Below the pieces are notes generated by a model, which was given only the letters and a program-made list of their open reading frames with translations, ran no database searches and was not told the origin of the DNA. Shown in pieces: positions 1-10,215 of a stretch of DNA of 64,000 nt; positions within the stretch are counted from its first letter, which is position 1, and the number at the start of each line of letters is the position of its first letter. Made by a program: the position numbers and the translations under genes. The DNA comes from Nonlabens sp. (GTDB taxonomy: Bacteria; Bacteroidota; Bacteroidia; Flavobacteriales; Flavobacteriaceae), in the NCBI GenBank assembly GCA_020630715.1, contig JAHDIQ010000010.1, positions 71,883 to 135,882 of the forward strand, read 5' to 3'.

Positions 1-895
1 GACCTCTATAGTCAGGATGTGTACCTACTGTTTTTGCAAGAAGTGTAGGGTTTGTAATATTTTTAATGTCTATCTCGTAATTACCGCTACTAGATTTTAG
101 GTGAGCATAAATAGGCATGCATAAACTTAGTGCCGCTAGTTGATTTTTTTGATGATCTATTAAAAGACTGGAAGAATGAGGACATAGACCAGCAGCGTAT
201 GCTTCATTATATAATAACTTAAATTCTTCTGGTAATACGCCTTTATAATTTGAGTTATTAGAAAATATGGAGGTTGTTAAGTCATACAATTGCTGCTCAT
301 AATCTAACCATAGCCTAGTAGAAAGCGGCAGAATACTAATGTTTTCAGGATAATTTCCTTTATTAAAACTAGATGCTATTTGAAACATTTGTTCAATAAC
401 GTCATGAGCTAGACAATGACTTTCAAAAATTTGACTTACATGGTAGCCACATTTTTCAAGCAGTCGCGGATAATATTCAGGATTAACAGGTTCACGATCA
501 AACATCTTCCAGCTAGGAATAGGTCCTAATCGCAATCTATATCTATGATAGGTGTTAAAATGTAATGGACCTACCACAGTTTTGAATCCTTTTAATCGAG
601 CTTCTTCTTCAAATAAGCTAAAGACTTCCTGATTGATATCCAGATCTTCCACAGTTTCCCAATATCCGAAATAAGCTACTTTTTTATCTTTTGGAAAAAT
701 CCCTACTAAACTTAATTTGCCTTCAATTTCATAGATAACGATATTATTTGTCATAGAATAGTGGTTAAAAAGCCACTCTGTGATGTGTTCTTGTTCATCT
801 GGTATGAAACCCAAATATTTATAAACAGTAGGATAAAGTTCCTTCCATGGTTTGTTTAAAACCGCACCTTTAGTGTAGATCGTTTTTTTAATCAT
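1..895 (-). CDS. GNAT-family N-acetyltransferase-like protein, partial (C-terminus lies beyond the window start)
   Basis: Hand translation of the minus strand: ATG at 895-893, and the frame stays open to base 1 (MIKKTIYTKGAVLNKPWKELYP...NPTLLAKTVGTHPDYRG). The terminal V-G-T-H-P-D-Y-R-G resembles GNAT acetyl-CoA motif A. It is absent from the ORF track because it runs off the edge. It starts 8 nt after the stop of 904..3420 on the same strand. Confidence 0.55.
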   Translation of the reverse strand, partial: MIKKTIYTKGAVLNKPWKELYPTVYKYLGFIPDEQEHITEWLFNHYSMTNNIVIYEIEGKLSLVGIFPKDKKVAYFGYWETVEDLDINQEVFSLFEEEARLKGFKTVVGPLHFNTYHRYRLRLGPIPSWKMFDREPVNPEYYPRLLEKCGYHVSQIFESHCLAHDVIEQMFQIASSFNKGNYPENISILPLSTRLWLDYEQQLYDLTTSIFSNNSNYKGVLPEEFKLLYNEAYAAGLCPHSSSLLIDHQKNQLAALSLCMPIYAHLKSSSGNYEIDIKNITNPTLLAKTVGTHPDYRG

Positions 896-903
896 CTATG
901 ATA

Positions 904-3420
904 TTATTCTATAATTTGAATTAATCCAGTAGTACAATCCATGGTTATTTTTTGACCATTATTAAGCCTTTTACAGGCGTTCTTTACATTTATAATTGTT
1001 GGGATATTTAATTCGCGCAGTAGTATTACAGAATGTGATAGCATGGATCCTTTTTCTATAATAACGCCACGACACGCTGGAAATAAAGCGCACCATCCTG
1101 GATCTGTGCGCTGGGCTACGATGATTTTATCTTTCACATCTAGGTTATCTGTAGGATTTGTAATGATGATCACTTCTCCAGTTGCCTCGCCTGGATTACA
1201 GCCTTGACCATTAATGATATCATTTTCTTCCATATCATCACTATGGTGAACTGGTGGATAAGGTTCTATGATGCGTGATTGAGATGCTATAGATTCATAT
1301 CGTTCAAATCTCTTACGCCTAGCTGCAATAATTTCTCGATAGCTAGCATTAGTTCCTTGTACTATTTCCTTTTCTTCTAAATAGAAAATATCTTCTACAC
1401 TATCAATCATATTACTATCTACTAAATAGGAACCATAGCTGCGATATAAAGATCGATACATGCCAAATAATTTTGTGCGGTCCAGTCGTAGACTTTCCCT
1501 GCGTCGTATGCTTTCTTGTAATTTTTTTAATCTTTTGAAAATTAAATATTTAGTATGGAAATTCTTGCCAGATAATTTTTCATTTAATTCAGTTCTCGCT
1601 TTAGTTGATAGCACATTGTCCTGATTGCCTGTAGGTTGATAGCCTAGTAAATTTTTAAGATAACTATAAAAAATAGTTGGTTCCAGGCGCATTGTGATCG
1701 TTTCTAGTTTTAATTCTCCTATGGTACGATCACCGTAGTTTTGTATAAATGTTTCTACTTTTTTAAAAAACGCGGTATGTTGTTCCTTAATTTTTTGATG
1801 TACTGCTGGTTCCTGTTTTTCAATCATCATACATAAAGTACTATTCGCTTGAGCTTCTTGTGCTAGAGATATCATTTCTCTAGTAGGAAATGCGCTTTCA
1901 ATTTCATGATCTCCAGAAAGATAACCAGCGATAAATCCATCTACGTTTTTGATTCCTATACGATGTAGGCTTCTTTTTACCTTGCCATTATCCATCATAA
2001 CCTTAAAATCATTGATAATAGGAACTTCCCAGCGGTGAAGTAATGCATCTAATTGATCGAGTTGTTTCAATAAATCAGACTTTGAGCAACTGTGTTTTGA
2101 TTCCTTGTAAAAGGAATGGTACACCATATCAAATCGTTTTTTAAAACCTACTGTTAATCCATCTAGACGATTGAATTTATATAACAACCTTCCTAGATTA
2201 CGTGCAAGTCCAGGAATCATTTGAATTTTTTCTAGTATACTTTTCTTAGCATCAATTACAAAATCTACCGGTTCTTCCAGTCCCATCATCGCCTCCATAT
2301 CAGCTTTATTTTGTTGAAAGGAAGGAAGTAATTGTAGACCACGATACCAGTTATTGATATTGTAATATATACGTCCATTTTTAAGCGCTAGTAAGTTGTT
2401 AAGTACGTTGTCATAACTTTCAATGGTTCTAGAATTGATTCCTACAGATTTCATAGTCTGTCTATAAACGGTACTATAAGCTCGTGATGCAAATGAAAAC
2501 GTCAGTGGTGTGGTCACTCCACAATAGCTCTCTTGAATATTTGAATTATCGTACACAACGATATCAGGAATTGTGGTAGTGATAGGCCTACGTTGTAGAA
2601 AGTAGAAATGATCATTTTGAATACAGAATTCTATATCACTAGGACCGTAAATGGCTTCAATTTGTTTTGCTTTCGCGAAAGCGAAATCCAACACATCCTC
2701 TGTAATAGATGCTTCATTAATTAGTTTTTCAGGGACTTCTTGCGCTGCTATTTCACCATGATCTGATAGCACTAATTGATTCAGTTTTTCTGCAATAATA
2801 CTGCGATGCATTTTTCCTGAATCCTTCAAATAATAGAATTCATCTGGTGCGACCTCACCATTTACTAGGCTTTCTCCTAGACCGTAGACGCTATGAATTG
2901 CAGTCTCTTGTGGATAAATAGGTGACGTTGTGAAAATCACGCCACTTATAGCTGCGGGAATTTGTTGCTGTATAATAACAGCAGGACGCGCCATAGGGTT
3001 TAGATCATGTTGCTTGCGGTAACTTATAGAACGTTCAGAATAAGCACTCGCGGCGCATTTGATTACCATTTCCTTTAAGACATCATAGTTAGAAACGTTG
3101 AAAAAACTATCCATAAGTCCTGCAAATGAATTCTCAACACCATCTTCATCCATTATAGATGATCGTACAATTACGGGCTGGTTAGGGAAGTTTAAATCCT
3201 TTAAATCATCAAACAGACCTTGCCAGTATTGAGATGGAATTTTTAAATTGAATAAGCGTTCTTTAGCCAATTCTGGACTGTCTAATGATTTTATAGCTGG
3301 CTTAAAGATGTCATAAGGAATGACCTTGAAATCAGGAACCAGTAATCCCATTTCTTTTAATTCAAAAAGGCCACGGGCTTTACCACCCATATTATTATGA
3401 AAGGTGTTTTGATGAATCAT
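904..3420 (-). CDS. PEP-utilising enzyme family protein with an N-terminal PPDK-type ATP-grasp domain and a C-terminal swivelling phosphohistidine domain (rifampicin-phosphotransferase-like architecture, no PEP/pyruvate TIM-barrel domain)
   Basis: 838-aa ORF. N-terminus GGKARGLFELKEMGLLVPDF (PPDK_N-like). C-terminus VAQRTDPGWCALFPACRGVIIEKGSMLSHSVILLRELNIPTI (mobile His domain). Its start overlaps the stop of 3417..4265 in an ATGA overlap. Confidence 0.75.
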   Translation of the reverse strand: MIHQNTFHNNMGGKARGLFELKEMGLLVPDFKVIPYDIFKPAIKSLDSPELAKERLFNLKIPSQYWQGLFDDLKDLNFPNQPVIVRSSIMDEDGVENSFAGLMDSFFNVSNYDVLKEMVIKCAASAYSERSISYRKQHDLNPMARPAVIIQQQIPAAISGVIFTTSPIYPQETAIHSVYGLGESLVNGEVAPDEFYYLKDSGKMHRSIIAEKLNQLVLSDHGEIAAQEVPEKLINEASITEDVLDFAFAKAKQIEAIYGPSDIEFCIQNDHFYFLQRRPITTTIPDIVVYDNSNIQESYCGVTTPLTFSFASRAYSTVYRQTMKSVGINSRTIESYDNVLNNLLALKNGRIYYNINNWYRGLQLLPSFQQNKADMEAMMGLEEPVDFVIDAKKSILEKIQMIPGLARNLGRLLYKFNRLDGLTVGFKKRFDMVYHSFYKESKHSCSKSDLLKQLDQLDALLHRWEVPIINDFKVMMDNGKVKRSLHRIGIKNVDGFIAGYLSGDHEIESAFPTREMISLAQEAQANSTLCMMIEKQEPAVHQKIKEQHTAFFKKVETFIQNYGDRTIGELKLETITMRLEPTIFYSYLKNLLGYQPTGNQDNVLSTKARTELNEKLSGKNFHTKYLIFKRLKKLQESIRRRESLRLDRTKLFGMYRSLYRSYGSYLVDSNMIDSVEDIFYLEEKEIVQGTNASYREIIAARRKRFERYESIASQSRIIEPYPPVHHSDDMEENDIINGQGCNPGEATGEVIIITNPTDNLDVKDKIIVAQRTDPGWCALFPACRGVIIEKGSMLSHSVILLRELNIPTIINVKNACKRLNNGQKITMDCTTGLIQIIE
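2668..2683. repeat. Palindrome family copy 1 (15/16 match; perfect 14-bp core GCTTTCGCGAAAGC)
   Basis: Inside CDS 904..3420. Read on the minus strand as F-A-F-A-K-A. Confidence 0.9.
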
Positions 3421-4265
3421 TTAAGGTTTACTACTATAATGACACTTAAGTAACTCACGATCATAAAGACACTCACAAGTAATTCACCTATACGTAATCC
3501 TTTTTCTTGAGGAACTACTAGATTTCTTAGGTATTGAAAGGCGATACTTAAGTATATGATGCCTATAAAAGCAATCACGATCCAGTGAGCTTCCACTTTT
3601 TCTAACAATAAAAATTGTACAAATAATCCTGCGATTAGAATTACCAGTAGGGTAATAACTGCTGGTTTAAAACCCATAGATTTTGAGTAACTATCCACGC
3701 CATCTCTTTCATCACTAGGCGCATGGATTTTACGAGCGATTTCAAAACTAAAACCAGCCAGTAATGAAGCACCGCATAAATACCATAAAGCATTTGATAA
3801 TTCATAACCAGTGTGCGCTGCATATACCCATAAAATAATAAGTGGCATGATCATCATATGACTTACACCATACAGGATTAACCTACTTTTCAAAAAGGTA
3901 GGTACAAAAAATTCATAGCGCATTAATATGGAATAGGCTACCGCAATTATCCAGCATATCATAGCTGTTTCTCCAGATAGATAAGACCATATAAATTCTA
4001 ATGGGATTAGAGCATAACTAATAAGTTGCAACTGCTTAAGAGTCACACGACCACTTTGTAAAACCCTATGTGGATGGTTTTTACAATCTAAATCATAATC
4101 CTTTATTTCATCAAAGACCCTTAGTCTAAAGAAAAACAAAATCACAACAATAACACCCATAACGATCCACCATAGCGAGTTCACGTAAGAAATTGTTTCA
4201 AAATATGCTGTACCGTTAAGCGCTACTGCTCTTACCGTAAAAAATAGCACTATAAAAAGACCCAT
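3417..4265 (-). CDS. UbiA-superfamily prenyltransferase-like integral membrane protein
   Basis: 282-aa multi-pass hydrophobic ORF. FDEIKDYDLD matches the (N/D)(D/E)xxDxxxD Asp-rich motif and is followed by HRVLQSG (RPLxSG-like). A second acidic motif is SDERDGVDSYS. Confidence 0.6.
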   Translation of the reverse strand: MGLFIVLFFTVRAVALNGTAYFETISYVNSLWWIVMGVIVVILFFFRLRVFDEIKDYDLDCKNHPHRVLQSGRVTLKQLQLISYALIPLEFIWSYLSGETAMICWIIAVAYSILMRYEFFVPTFLKSRLILYGVSHMMIMPLIILWVYAAHTGYELSNALWYLCGASLLAGFSFEIARKIHAPSDERDGVDSYSKSMGFKPAVITLLVILIAGLFVQFLLLEKVEAHWIVIAFIGIIYLSIAFQYLRNLVVPQEKGLRIGELLVSVFMIVSYLSVIIVVNLK

Positions 4266-4467
4266 GTTTACTGGTGGGAATCGTTCTTTCAGGTATGCAA
4301 TAAAGTGGATAATAGCTTAAGTTTTTAAAGCAAGATAATAAAACAGATCGCTTCTTATTCAACTATCTTAATGTTCAACTATAAAGTTCTGTAGATATCT
4401 CAATAAAGCATTCCAGATTTTACAACCTTATCTACAGTGGATGGTCGTTAAAGCTGTAAAAGTGTTT

Positions 4468-4483
4468 CGCTTTCGCGAAAGCG
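4468..4483. repeat. Palindrome family copy 2 (CGCTTTCGCGAAAGCG, 16/16)
   Basis: Intergenic, 126 nt upstream of the typA ATG. Flanks TTT / TAA. Confidence 0.95.
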
Positions 4484-4571
4484 TAATTCATCAAAACCAC
4501 AACCACTATCCATTCCCGTTCAAGGTTTTATCATTTCTTTTAACAAATCCTTAAAAACCAATAATTAAGAG

Positions 4572-4579
4572 TATTTTTG
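4572..4579 (+). promoter_or_regulatory. Candidate Bacteroidota -7 box (TATTTTTG) upstream of typA
   Basis: Exact match to TAnnTTTG, 30 nt upstream of the ATG at 4609. I found no convincing -33 TTG. Confidence 0.3.
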
Positions 4580-4608
4580 CAGCCGCTTACAAGCATCAGT
4601 TTATTATT

Positions 4609-6417
4609 ATGAAAGACATTAGAAACATTGCCATTATTGCCCACGTAGATCACGGGAAAACCACACTAGTAGATAAGATTCTACACCATTGTGAGATATT
4701 TCGTGAGAATGAATCTACGGGAGAATTAATCCTAGATAACAACGATATAGAACGCGAGCGCGGTATTACCATTCTTGCAAAAAACGTATCTGTAAATTAT
4801 AAAGGAACTAAAATTAATATCATCGATACACCTGGTCACGCCGATTTTGGTGGTGAAGTAGAACGTGTATTAAACATGGCAGATGGTGTACTACTTTTAG
4901 TAGATGCATTTGAAGGTCCTATGCCACAAACGCGTTTTGTACTTCAAAAAGCGATCGATTTAGGATTAAAACCATGTGTGGTTGTTAATAAAGTAGATAA
5001 AGAAAACTGTACTCCAGATGAGGTACATGAGTCTGTTTTTGACCTGATGTTTGAACTAGGTGCCGAAGAATGGCAACTGGATTTCCCTACCGTTTATGGT
5101 AGTGCAAAAAATAACTGGATGAGCGATGACTGGAAAGATGAAACAGATAATATTGAGCCATTATTAGATATGGTGATTGAGCATGTTCCTGTTCCTAAAA
5201 TAGAAGAAGGAACTACTCAAATGTTGATCACTTCTTTAGATTTCTCAAACTATACGGGACGTATTGCGATAGGTCGTGTAAAGCGTGGATCACTTAAAGA
5301 AAACCAGCAGGTGACGTTGTGTAAGCGTGATGGATCAATGGAAAAAACACGTGTAAAAGAACTTTTCATTTTTGATGGAATGGGACGTGCAAAAGTGCAA
5401 GAAGTACACGCTGGTGATATTTGTGCCGTAGTAGGATTAGAAGGTTTTGAAATAGGCGATAGTGTCGCAGATTTTGAAAATCCAGAAGCAATGGAAACCA
5501 TCGCGATTGATGAGCCTACCATGAGTATGTTGTTTACGATTAATGATTCTCCATTCTTTGGAAAAGATGGAAAATTTGTGACCTCACGTCATATTAAAGA
5601 TCGTTTAACTAAAGAATTAGAGAAAAACCTAGCGCTACAGGTTCATGAAACAGATAGTGCAGATAAGTTCATGGTTTTTGGTCGTGGTGTATTACACTTA
5701 TCCGTTTTAATTGAAACGATGCGTCGTGAAGGTTATGAATTACAGATAGGTCAACCACAAGTAATCATAAAGGAAGTGGATGGCGTTAAATGTGAACCTA
5801 TTGAAGAATTAACGATTGATTTACCAGAAAGTGTAAGTGGTAAAGCAGTAGAAATGGTTACCATGCGTAAAGGTGAAATGACTAGTATGGCGCCTAAAGG
5901 TGACCGTATGGTTATTGAGTTTAAAATACCGTCACGTGGTATTATAGGATTACGTAATCAGTTAATCACAGCAACTGCTGGTGAGGCGATTATGAATCAC
6001 CGTTTTACAGCGTTTGAACCTTATAAAGGTGATATTCCTGGACGTATAAATGGATCTCTAATCTCTATGGAAAAAGGAACATCGATTCCTTATTCTATGG
6101 ATAAATTACAAGATCGTGGTAAATTCTTTATCTATCCAGGTGAAGAGATTTATGGTGGTCAGGTAGTAGGAGAAAATTCTAGACCAGATGATTTATCAAT
6201 CAATCTTACTAAAACTAAGAAACTTTCAAACGTACGTAGTGCTGGTAACGATGATAAAGTGAAAATCGCACCACCGGTGAAATTCACTCTAGAAGAAGCA
6301 TTAGAATACATTCAAAAAGATGAATACGTTGAAGTAACACCTAATTTCTTACGTCTACGTAAAGTATACTTAGATGAAAATGAACGTAAGCGTAAATCAA
6401 AAGAGTTGGGACAATAA
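4609..6417 (+). CDS. typA: Translational GTPase TypA/BipA
   Basis: 602 aa. N-terminus [40 protein letters not shown]. Full-length EF-G-like domain order typical of BipA. Confidence 0.95.
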   Translation: MKDIRNIAIIAHVDHGKTTLVDKILHHCEIFRENESTGELILDNNDIERERGITILAKNVSVNYKGTKINIIDTPGHADFGGEVERVLNMADGVLLLVDAFEGPMPQTRFVLQKAIDLGLKPCVVVNKVDKENCTPDEVHESVFDLMFELGAEEWQLDFPTVYGSAKNNWMSDDWKDETDNIEPLLDMVIEHVPVPKIEEGTTQMLITSLDFSNYTGRIAIGRVKRGSLKENQQVTLCKRDGSMEKTRVKELFIFDGMGRAKVQEVHAGDICAVVGLEGFEIGDSVADFENPEAMETIAIDEPTMSMLFTINDSPFFGKDGKFVTSRHIKDRLTKELEKNLALQVHETDSADKFMVFGRGVLHLSVLIETMRREGYELQIGQPQVIIKEVDGVKCEPIEELTIDLPESVSGKAVEMVTMRKGEMTSMAPKGDRMVIEFKIPSRGIIGLRNQLITATAGEAIMNHRFTAFEPYKGDIPGRINGSLISMEKGTSIPYSMDKLQDRGKFFIYPGEEIYGGQVVGENSRPDDLSINLTKTKKLSNVRSAGNDDKVKIAPPVKFTLEEALEYIQKDEYVEVTPNFLRLRKVYLDENERKRKSKELGQ

Positions 6418-6440
6418 TCCTTTTCAAAATTTATATTCAT

Positions 6441-6472
6441 AAACCGATTTGTCTCTACAAGTCGGTTTTTTT
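6441..6472 (+). terminator. Rho-independent terminator of typA
   Basis: AAACCGATTTG / CAAGTCGGTTT stem (one G-U pair), 6-nt loop, followed by a T-tract. Begins 24 nt after the typA stop. Confidence 0.75.
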
Positions 6473-6543
6473 ATTGTAATTATTCATGATCATAATGCTT
6501 AAATCAAAAAATCAACAGTTATTAATCTTTAGCTCGCTCACCG

Positions 6544-6551
6544 TACCTTTG
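6544..6551 (+). promoter_or_regulatory. Candidate -7 box (TACCTTTG) just upstream of 6558
   Basis: Exact TAnnTTTG match ending 7 nt before the ATG. This would imply a leaderless or very short-leader mRNA. Confidence 0.3.
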
Positions 6552-6557
6552 TAATTC

Positions 6558-7496
6558 ATGTATATCAAGCCATATCATAACGACTATAAAAACATATGGA
6601 ATTCATTTATAAAGGATTCTGTTAATGGTACCTTTCTATTTGATCGGGATTTTATGGAGTATCATAATGATAGGTTTCAGGATGCTAGTTTGATGGTTTT
6701 TAAGGAGCAAGAATTATTATGCTGTATTCCGGCAAATAAAAACGAAGATCATTTTTACAGTCATCAAGGATTAACCTATGGTGGATTTGTTTTTAAAAAA
6801 GATCTTTCTAAAACTCAGCTGGAAAAAGTAATCCATCTGGTGATCAATGATCTAAAAAATAATTATGCATCCATAGAATTCAGATGGCAACCGTATTTTT
6901 ACGATGACTATCAAGAACATATCATTAGCGCGATGGATCAGTTAGGGTTTCAAACCCGTAAAAAGTTTGATAATTTACATATTGATCTGAATCATAAAAT
7001 CAAGACTTCTTCAAAGAAAACTGCTGGTTACCGCAATGGTAAATTTGCTGGGTTGAGATTAGAGATCAACCATGATTTTAAATCTTTCTGGAATCAGATA
7101 TTAATTCCGCAACTAAAAGCAAGGCACGATGCGTCACCAGTTCACAGTCTGGAAGAAATAGAGTTATTAGCATCTCGTTTTCCGGATAGTATTAAACAGT
7201 ATACCATATATAAAGATCAGGAATTGTTATGCGGTGTGACCTTTTTTATAAAAAACAATATCGTAAAATCGCAATATGCATCTGCTAGTCCAGATGGTTT
7301 AAAAGTAGGTGCGCTAGATTTTTTATACCTAGAAGCGATTCAACAGTTTAAAAATGAAGGTTTAGAATATATCGACCTAGGACATGTCAATAATCCAGAT
7401 GGTACTATAAACAGAGGATTACAACGATTTAAAGAAGAATTAGGTGGTGTGAATACTGCTATTTATAAATCAGAATTTACAATTAATGAACAATAG
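6558..7496 (+). CDS. Acyltransferase-like protein (GNAT/FemAB-type fold suspected), function unassigned
   Basis: 312-aa ORF with no signal peptide, sitting directly upstream of the DegT aminotransferase and Wzx flippase. The fold assignment comes from general sequence appearance only. Confidence 0.45.
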   Translation: MYIKPYHNDYKNIWNSFIKDSVNGTFLFDRDFMEYHNDRFQDASLMVFKEQELLCCIPANKNEDHFYSHQGLTYGGFVFKKDLSKTQLEKVIHLVINDLKNNYASIEFRWQPYFYDDYQEHIISAMDQLGFQTRKKFDNLHIDLNHKIKTSSKKTAGYRNGKFAGLRLEINHDFKSFWNQILIPQLKARHDASPVHSLEEIELLASRFPDSIKQYTIYKDQELLCGVTFFIKNNIVKSQYASASPDGLKVGALDFLYLEAIQQFKNEGLEYIDLGHVNNPDGTINRGLQRFKEELGGVNTAIYKSEFTINEQ

Positions 7497-7776
7497 TAAA
7501 AGAGCGGTACATTTTTGTGTGATATCGATAGTGATCGCAACGGTATTTTTAATCATGTCACAAATAGAGCGCAGTGCATCGTGGAATGTAGATAGGTTTG
7601 TGGGATATTTAATTACCTTTCAATACATGAGTATTTTTATAGGATTTGCAGTGAGCATGGTAGCTATATCAGAAAAAGAAAAATCGCCAAAACAACGCTG
7701 GGCAATCGCTATCAACGTCCTATTGTTTCTAGCACTGGCGACCTATTTTATCTATCAGTATTTTTCTAATGCTTGA
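7486..7776 (+). CDS. Small membrane protein (3 predicted TM segments)
   Basis: 96-aa hydrophobic ORF. Its start overlaps the end of 6558..7496 by 11 nt. Confidence 0.4.
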   Translation: MNNSKRAVHFCVISIVIATVFLIMSQIERSASWNVDRFVGYLITFQYMSIFIGFAVSMVAISEKEKSPKQRWAIAINVLLFLALATYFIYQYFSNA

Positions 7777-7837
7777 TATGTGTAGGCTAGTTTATACTTT
7801 AGTATTTTTATAAACGTTACTTTAAAAAACCATCCAA

Positions 7838-8932
7838 TTGACCATTCCTTACTTACATTTGAAATCCTTGCAGGCTAGATTTAAAGATCAGGATGCGCAA
7901 TCATTACAAGCGATTCAGGAATCTGGACAGTTTATAGGTGGTGATTTTGTGACGACTTTTGAGAATTCTTTTGCCAGTTATTGTGGTGTTCATCATGCAG
8001 TAGGAACAGGAAACGGGCTGGACGCTTTAACCTTAATTCTACTGGCAGAAAAGCAACTGGGCAACTTAACAGAACATGCTAAAATACTTCTACCAGCGCA
8101 TACCTATATCGCAACGTTTTTAAGTGTTATTCACGCTGGTATGCAACCTATTCCTGTGGATGTTTCAGATCTTACGATTTCAGTTCCAGACCTAGAAAAT
8201 CATACAAATGGTATCGATGCTATAGTTGTCGTGGATATTTATGGAAAGCTGGTGGATGATGAGGTTTACGCTTTCGCGAAAGCGAAACAATTACCCATAT
8301 ATTGCGATACAGCACAATCTCACGGCGCAAGAAACTCTAGTGGAAAACGCTCTGGAAGTCTAGCACGAGCCAGTGCTTTTTCATTCTATCCTACAAAAAA
8401 TTTAGGAGCATTAGGCGATGGTGGCGCCGTAACTTCAGATGATTCTGAACTAGCAAGCATGGTGCGCAAACTGGCAAACTACGGCCGTGAAAGCAGATTT
8501 GTAAATAGCGTCATAGGAATGAACTCGCGTTTAGATCCATTACAAGCGTCGTTTTTATCCAGTAGACTACAACAATTAGATGCAGATTATCAATGTAGAT
8601 ACGACATCGCGAGAAGTTATGTAAATGGGATAAAAAATGAGTTAGTTACCGTTCCAGAACCATCGTTTTTTGAACACAACGCGATTCATGTATTTCCTGT
8701 ATTTGTAGAACATCGTGATAGATTTGTGACGTATATGAATCGTTGCGGTATAGGAACAAATTGTCATTATCCTGTCGCACCGCACTCGCAAGAAGCGTTG
8801 TCCTTTTTAAATCACCTATCGTTTTCTAATACAGAAAAATTCCATCGTACTGAGGTGAGTATTCCATGTCATCCATTACTATCTAGTGATGAGGTGCAGT
8901 ATGTTATCCATTCCATAAACAATTATGAATGA
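7838..8932 (+). CDS. DegT/DnrJ/EryC1/StrS-family PLP aminotransferase (WecE/RffA-like sugar 4-aminotransferase)
   Basis: 364 aa. FSFYPTKNLGALGDGGA (contains the PLP lysine), DTAQSHGA. TTG start in the track. Contains palindrome copy 8269..8284. Confidence 0.85.
   Translation: MTIPYLHLKSLQARFKDQDAQSLQAIQESGQFIGGDFVTTFENSFASYCGVHHAVGTGNGLDALTLILLAEKQLGNLTEHAKILLPAHTYIATFLSVIHAGMQPIPVDVSDLTISVPDLENHTNGIDAIVVVDIYGKLVDDEVYAFAKAKQLPIYCDTAQSHGARNSSGKRSGSLARASAFSFYPTKNLGALGDGGAVTSDDSELASMVRKLANYGRESRFVNSVIGMNSRLDPLQASFLSSRLQQLDADYQCRYDIARSYVNGIKNELVTVPEPSFFEHNAIHVFPVFVEHRDRFVTYMNRCGIGTNCHYPVAPHSQEALSFLNHLSFSNTEKFHRTEVSIPCHPLLSSDEVQYVIHSINNYE
8269..8284. repeat. Palindrome family copy 3 (16/16)
   Basis: Inside the DegT aminotransferase CDS. 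Read as Y-A-F-A-K-A-K. Confidence 0.95.
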
Positions 8933-10215
8933 AGCTGTTTGATCGATGGAATAACAACGTCATTTTAAAACTAGCTAGTTTTAATAGCATTCATATCGTT
9001 ATTAAATTAGTGTTAGGTGCCGTAATGTCTAAGGTTATTGCCATCTATGCTGGTACTGCCGGAATCGCGTTAATGGGGAATTTACAAAACGTTCTTCAAG
9101 GCACGCAAACCTTTGCTGTTTTAGGTCAACAACATGGGATTGTAACCTACACCTCGCAGTATCGAGATGATCATGGGAATTTGAAAATTCATTTATCCAC
9201 CGCATGGGTAATGGCACTGATCGCTGGAATTACGGTTGCGATTATAGTGTTTTTTACGGCTGGATGGATCTCACAATATTTATTTGATCAGGATTATAAT
9301 AATGTGATTAGACTGCTCGCTATATCATTACCATTTTTTATCATATACACCTTTATAAGTGGTCTTTTACAAGGATTTGAACGGTATAAAAAGTATGTGC
9401 TCTTACAGATTATAGTTTCTGTGATTGTGTTTTGTATCGCTACGTATTTATTAATTCAGTATGAGGTTTCTGGTGCTTTATATGGTATTGTAATAACACC
9501 TATTCTCCAGTCATTAATAGCTGTGGTGTTATTGAAAAACGCTTTGCCAGATGTGTCTTTACAAAACCTGATTAGCTTTAAATACGATCCTACAGTAGCT
9601 AGAAAGTTTTTAAAGTATAGTGCGATGGCATTAGTGAGTGCCTTACTATTACCAGCGGTAATGATTGTAGTAAGAACCTTTTTAATGGAGCAGTCTGGTG
9701 ATGATGATGCTGGTTGCTGGCAGGCGATGATGCGCATTTCTGGTTACTATATGATGTTTAGTACTACCTTAATTGCGATGTACGTATTGCCTAGTTTAAG
9801 CAGGGAATCTAGTTATAATAACTTTAGAAAAACCACATTCCAATTTTTAAAAACCATATTACCATTGATTTTAGTAGGAATGATTATGGTTTATCTATTT
9901 AGAGATTTCATTATATCATTTCTCTTTACAGCAGATTTTAAAGGAATGCATCCCTTATTTAAATGGCAATTACTAGGAGATTTTATAAAGGTGATCACTA
10001 CGGTGCTCGCCTTTGAATTTGTAGCGCGCAATGACATTAAAAGATACCTCATTGCAGAGTTGATTAGCATTGCAAGCTTCTACGCGTTAAGTCATTATTT
10101 AATCCCAGAAAATGGAGCGGTAGGAGCAGTGCAGGCTCACTTTATCACCTATATCATTTACTTAATAGTACTAGTAGTCTTACTACGTAAAGAATTGTTT
10201 AGTAAAACAGCTTAA
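8929..10215 (+). CDS. Wzx-type polysaccharide/O-antigen flippase (MOP superfamily)
   Basis: 428 aa with about 12 TM segments. ATGA start/stop overlap with the aminotransferase gene. Confidence 0.75.
   Translation: MKLFDRWNNNVILKLASFNSIHIVIKLVLGAVMSKVIAIYAGTAGIALMGNLQNVLQGTQTFAVLGQQHGIVTYTSQYRDDHGNLKIHLSTAWVMALIAGITVAIIVFFTAGWISQYLFDQDYNNVIRLLAISLPFFIIYTFISGLLQGFERYKKYVLLQIIVSVIVFCIATYLLIQYEVSGALYGIVITPILQSLIAVVLLKNALPDVSLQNLISFKYDPTVARKFLKYSAMALVSALLLPAVMIVVRTFLMEQSGDDDAGCWQAMMRISGYYMMFSTTLIAMYVLPSLSRESSYNNFRKTTFQFLKTILPLILVGMIMVYLFRDFIISFLFTADFKGMHPLFKWQLLGDFIKVITTVLAFEFVARNDIKRYLIAELISIASFYALSHYLIPENGAVGAVQAHFITYIIYLIVLVVLLRKELFSKTA

Noticed and set aside
4389-4437. 9-bp inverted repeat CTGTAGATA ... 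TATCTACAG in the long typA upstream region.
   Set aside because: It has a 31-nt loop, no T-tract and no second occurrence. It is too weak to call a regulatory structure.
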